64,000 bases of DNA from Candidatus Limnocylindrales bacterium. Lineage in GTDB: Bacteria > Moduliflexota > Moduliflexia > Moduliflexales > JAUQPW01. Positions 60,676 to 64,000 of this stretch are shown here, one piece after another. Under the pieces are notes generated by a model. It searched no databases. It was not told the origin of the DNA and was given only the letters and a program-made list of their open reading frames with translations. The DNA is taken from NCBI GenBank assembly GCA_035559535.1, contig DATMBG010000040.1, forward strand, positions 1 through 64,000, read 5' to 3'. The position numbers were made by a program, and so were the translations under genes. The number at the start of each line of letters is the position of its first letter. Position 1 is the first letter of the stretch.

Positions 60676-60852
60676 ATGAATAAGTATACCGCCTTGCTTA
60701 TCCTCGCGTTTATTATTAAGCTCATCTGCCTCATAGATATCTTTATGTACGTGCTTACAAGCCGCTATTTTTTTCATCCCTTTGGGGCAATTATTTTGTT
60801 CATCGGTGCTACCTTCTTATCCTTGTTGGTTAAAAAGAAGAGTCGGATCTAA
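60676..60852 (+). CDS. Small 58-aa two-TM membrane protein (not in ORF track)
   Basis: RBS AGGAG; MNKYTALLILAFIIKLICLIDIFMYVLTSRYFFHPFGAIILFIGATFLSLLVKKKSRI. Confidence 0.6.
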   Translation: MNKYTALLILAFIIKLICLIDIFMYVLTSRYFFHPFGAIILFIGATFLSLLVKKKSRI

Positions 60853-60951
60853 TCCCTGGATCCAGTCTACAGAGGGTGCGAATAGGAAGGCAAAGGAGTT
60901 TATCACTTCCTGTTGGCTTGAAATATTCTACCCATCCTGAATTTTATGCCT

Positions 60952-62547
60952 TCAACAAGAACGGTCCACATAACAGGCTAAATCAGAGGTATCGGAGGGA
61001 TGAGAGATCTTGCCATTTCTTTTGTAAGTTGTTGGCTTAGAAACCTTTCCACCAGAGTCCTCAACCCTGATTTCTTTAATAAACACGGGGAGATTCATTG
61101 CTTTAGATATTCTCACCTGCTCGTGTTCGGCTTCCTGGATACTTTTAAAGCTACCAACACAGGCCATAAATTTAATCCCTTCTGGAGTCCTTCTCTGAAG
61201 TAAATAGAGATCAGAAAAGTGATTAAGGGATGATCGAATTTCCAAAACGGAATTTTTCGCCTCCTCTTGGATCCTGTAACCTTTATCCAAGCAGACGAGA
61301 TAAGTAACAGGAGGAATTTCTTGTTCTATCTTCGGAGGGATTGAAGGAACGGAGGCTTCAGAGAAATTATTTCCCATAGAAGATGGGGTATCTATAGACT
61401 CGGATTTTGTTTTTATAGAAGATGTAGGATGGGACAAATTTTCCTGTTCTATTAACTGTCTAACTTTTGCCAAGTAATGATCTGTTTCCGGCGAGGGAAT
61501 GTTCAAAGGATCAGTAGGTTCAAGTCCTTTTCCATGATACAGGGTGCCGTTGGGGGTTTGTAGCAAGGCCGTTGTAAGAATAAGGGCAGAGCCATCTTTT
61601 AATTCGATGACATCCTGCATTATCCCCTTTCCATAAGTTTTTTCACCTATGGACCTGGCACGGTCATTTTGCACCAAAGCAGCGATGAAAACCTCGGCGG
61701 CACTGGCTGTTCTTTTGTCCTGCCATAAAAAGAGCTGAGAGGTTCTATTTGTGGGAAGACTGGTACTTTTATACTGGATACTCACTCCGGCTCGGGTTTT
61801 GATACTTACGATTTTTTTATTTTTATCTAAAAATAACATGGCTGAATCAACGGCCTCATTTAGATCTCCCCCCGGATTTCCTCGTAGATCAAGAACCATT
61901 TGAGACACTTCTCCCAAAGTAAGAAGGAGGTTTTTAAGCTCACGTTGGGTATTGCTTTTAAAAGATGAGAGGGTAATCACCGGAAGGGTTCCCTGCCAGG
62001 TTATCCACACAGACCTGGCCTGTATTTCTTTACGTTTCACCCTGAAGGTTTTCAATTGGTCTCCGCGTCGAACTTTGAGGACAACTTCCTTTCCGGCTTC
62101 ACCCCTTACCAGGATACTCACATCCATAAGAGATTTTCCTGAAACGCTTATGTCATTAACCGATTCAAGAATATCACCGAATTTAATCCCCGCTTTCTCC
62201 GCAGGTCCATGGGCATGGGGAATACAAAGAATCCGATCGGAGGAAGTCACTTCGATATCCATTCCTATACCCACATAGCGGCTTTTCTGAGATGCCTTAA
62301 AAGAGGCGTATTCTTCCGGAGATAAATAGGTGGAGAAACGATCCAGGTTTTTTAAATAGGCTTTGAGAGTTTCCCGAACAATATCCTGGGGTTTGGTTCC
62401 CGGCTCTAAATAAAAGGCATTTTTTTGAATCTGGTTAATGGCCTCAAGATAAAAAGGGATATCCTGGTCTTGGGAATAGGTCGAGGAAGTCTTGAATCCA
62501 AAAAACAAGCAGAAAAAGAATAGAAAAGCCCATTTCTGTGGGTCCAT
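60952..62547 (-). CDS. S41 C-terminal processing protease (PDZ) with a C-terminal SPOR-like domain
   Basis: Signal peptide, YVGIG PDZ, DLRGNPGG, catalytic TASAAE and TYGKG; C-terminal VGSFKSIQEA. Confidence 0.85.
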   Translation of the reverse strand: MDPQKWAFLFFFCLFFGFKTSSTYSQDQDIPFYLEAINQIQKNAFYLEPGTKPQDIVRETLKAYLKNLDRFSTYLSPEEYASFKASQKSRYVGIGMDIEVTSSDRILCIPHAHGPAEKAGIKFGDILESVNDISVSGKSLMDVSILVRGEAGKEVVLKVRRGDQLKTFRVKRKEIQARSVWITWQGTLPVITLSSFKSNTQRELKNLLLTLGEVSQMVLDLRGNPGGDLNEAVDSAMLFLDKNKKIVSIKTRAGVSIQYKSTSLPTNRTSQLFLWQDKRTASAAEVFIAALVQNDRARSIGEKTYGKGIMQDVIELKDGSALILTTALLQTPNGTLYHGKGLEPTDPLNIPSPETDHYLAKVRQLIEQENLSHPTSSIKTKSESIDTPSSMGNNFSEASVPSIPPKIEQEIPPVTYLVCLDKGYRIQEEAKNSVLEIRSSLNHFSDLYLLQRRTPEGIKFMACVGSFKSIQEAEHEQVRISKAMNLPVFIKEIRVEDSGGKVSKPTTYKRNGKISHPSDTSDLACYVDRSC

Positions 62548-62620
62548 AACTTTGTCCTATGGGTTAAATTCTCACTGAAGGAACCGGATTTAAAGAAACA
62601 GAGAGTTTCCCATTAAGCCC

Positions 62621-63106
62621 TTAGAGCGAAGCTGCCATTTCTAAAAGGGTATCGATTTCCTTGTTAAGATTTTGAATGCGTTGTTCTTTTTCTTGAATCG
62701 TGAGCTGGGTATGTTTTCGCAGGGCCTGGATTTCATTTTTTAGCCGGGTAAGTTCCTGCTCAACGCGTTGTTTCTCTTTTTGTTTCGCATCGGTTTCCGC
62801 CTGATATTGTGCTAGGATCTCCCTAAGTTGTTCCAGCTCGACATCCAAACGCTCCAACATCTCCCTTTGCTCATCGAGCTGAGCCTGTAATCGGGCCCTC
62901 TCGTCTTCTAAATCCCGGGATCTTTGTCTTTCTTTTTCTCCCTCTCTCCGCAACGCTTCGAGTCTTTGTTGTCGCTCTTCGATTCGTTTTTTATAATCTT
63001 CCTTATACTGCCAATAACCGATTAATCCACCTTCCCGGGGATTACTTGAAGTAGCACAACTCGTCAAGAATCCCAAGAAAAAAATGTAGCTTAAAATCTT
63101 TTTCAT
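62621..63106 (-). CDS. Coiled-coil lipoprotein
   Basis: Start moved to ATG 63106; lipobox LTSC, NPREGGLIGY, long coiled coil. Confidence 0.8.
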   Translation of the reverse strand: MKKILSYIFFLGFLTSCATSSNPREGGLIGYWQYKEDYKKRIEERQQRLEALRREGEKERQRSRDLEDERARLQAQLDEQREMLERLDVELEQLREILAQYQAETDAKQKEKQRVEQELTRLKNEIQALRKHTQLTIQEKEQRIQNLNKEIDTLLEMAASL

Positions 63107-63168
63107 CGTAATGCCTCCGTTTAACAGGCAAGAGGTGCTACCCTTGCCGATATGAATTCTCCTATCCC

Positions 63169-63816
63169 TCAAATGCTCATCTTTTGATTGATGGCAGCTA
63201 AGTGCTCCGTTGTTTGCTCAAGTTCTGCTACACTTTGTTCGAGTTGTTTGATTTTAGCATTCAAGGCAGCCAGACGTGCCTGAGATTGTCCCTGTTCTCG
63301 CCTCAAAACCTCTCGCTGGATTACAATTTCATCCCTCGCTCTCTGCAATCTTTTCTCGGCCTCATTTAGACTGGCCTGTAGGGATTGTTGCTTTTTCTTG
63401 AGTTCAGTTTTTGTAACCTGTTTGCTATTATAGGCGTCTATTAATCTATCCACTTCCTGTTCCTGGTCTCTAATTTCGCTTTCCAGGTAAGCGTTATACT
63501 GTCGCGTTTCCTGATTTACCTTTTCAGCCGAGGCGATACAGGCATCCAGATAATCTTCTTCTTTAACATATTGGGCTTTAAGATTAGCCACATGGGTAGC
63601 ATAGGCATAACCCCCTATCAGTCCGATTCCTCCACCTATGAAGGCTCCTTTCAAGGCCCCTTCTTTACCCCCGGCAGCGGCGCCTATGGCCGCACCTACC
63701 GCAGCACCTGCAGCAGCCCCCAGACCGGCCCCCTGGGCCTTGGTTCGCTGCTGGTCTGTAGCACACCCTACGATCCATACAACCAATAGCATTAAGCTTA
63801 TGATTTTTTTTAACAT
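63169..63816 (-). CDS. Glycine-zipper coiled-coil lipoprotein
   Basis: Lipobox IVGC, GAGLGAAAGAAVGAAIG...GAFIGGGIGLIGG, long coiled coil. Confidence 0.85.
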   Translation of the reverse strand: MLKKIISLMLLVVWIVGCATDQQRTKAQGAGLGAAAGAAVGAAIGAAAGGKEGALKGAFIGGGIGLIGGYAYATHVANLKAQYVKEEDYLDACIASAEKVNQETRQYNAYLESEIRDQEQEVDRLIDAYNSKQVTKTELKKKQQSLQASLNEAEKRLQRARDEIVIQREVLRREQGQSQARLAALNAKIKQLEQSVAELEQTTEHLAAINQKMSI

Positions 63817-63905
63817 AGCCCTTCCCCCTTTTTCCTATCGGCTTTACAGAATTTCTAAAATTCTGCAAGCTTATTTGTTAGACAGGTTAATAAAGAAAAA
63901 GCTGA

Positions 63906-63998
63906 TCAGAGATTTTTTAGATCGGCTTCCCATTGCTCTTTGTTTGATCTTCTGGTCCGAAGATACTCTTGAAAGTGTTTTTTTACCAGGGTATTGAC
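63906..63998 (-). CDS. Possible C-terminus of an upstream gene entering from outside the window
   Basis: Open frame VNTLVKKHFQEYLRTRRSNKEQWEADLKNL-stop; too short to assign. Confidence 0.35.
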   Translation of the reverse strand, partial: VNTLVKKHFQEYLRTRRSNKEQWEADLKNL

Positions 63999-64000
63999 CT

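Noticed and set aside
60920-60975. Sec read-through at the end of the S41 protease (...SC-UGA)
   Set aside because: No SECIS-like hairpin downstream and the tail looks non-conserved.

Overview
A 64 kb chromosomal window from a diderm (LPS-making: kdsD/kdsC/LapA-like) bacterium of moderate GC, probably a poorly characterised, facultatively or strictly anaerobic lineage. I saw no rRNA, tRNA, CRISPR array, transposase or prophage. In order: a truncated outer-membrane porin-like gene (missed by the ORF track) behind a candidate sigma54 promoter and an NtrBC/ZraSR-type pair; pfkA and glcF; a metal cluster (His-rich RcnA/HoxN-like fusion, nikR, cluster A-I ABC importer); an operon of a degenerate GlcD-like FAD protein plus two uncharacterised Cys-rich Fe-S proteins; a pterin dehydratase, TPR protein, DASS transporter, an FmdB zinc-ribbon gene with a probable UGA-Sec/SECIS, a cupin and tartrate/D-malate dehydrogenase; a DHH phosphoesterase and guaB; a ~21 kb glycosylation island with seven GT-C-type membrane transferases (one split by a 1-nt frameshift in a T9 tract) and three polyprenyl-P GT2s; secA with a triplicated N-terminal helix; acoAB-SDR; an S1/P1 nuclease; kdsD-kdsC-lapA-exbD; rpsF-rpsR-rplI behind an S6:S18 leader with a REP-like insert; LOG, AsnC and lipocalin genes; and an S41-SPOR protease with two coiled-coil lipoproteins. 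Intergenic DNA, and some coding loops, carry several families of palindromic repeats. The best candidates for something undescribed are the Fe-S operon (13.4-16.5 kb), the GT-C island, the FmdB selenoprotein and the SecA architecture. All calls come from reading motifs by eye; no database searches were run.
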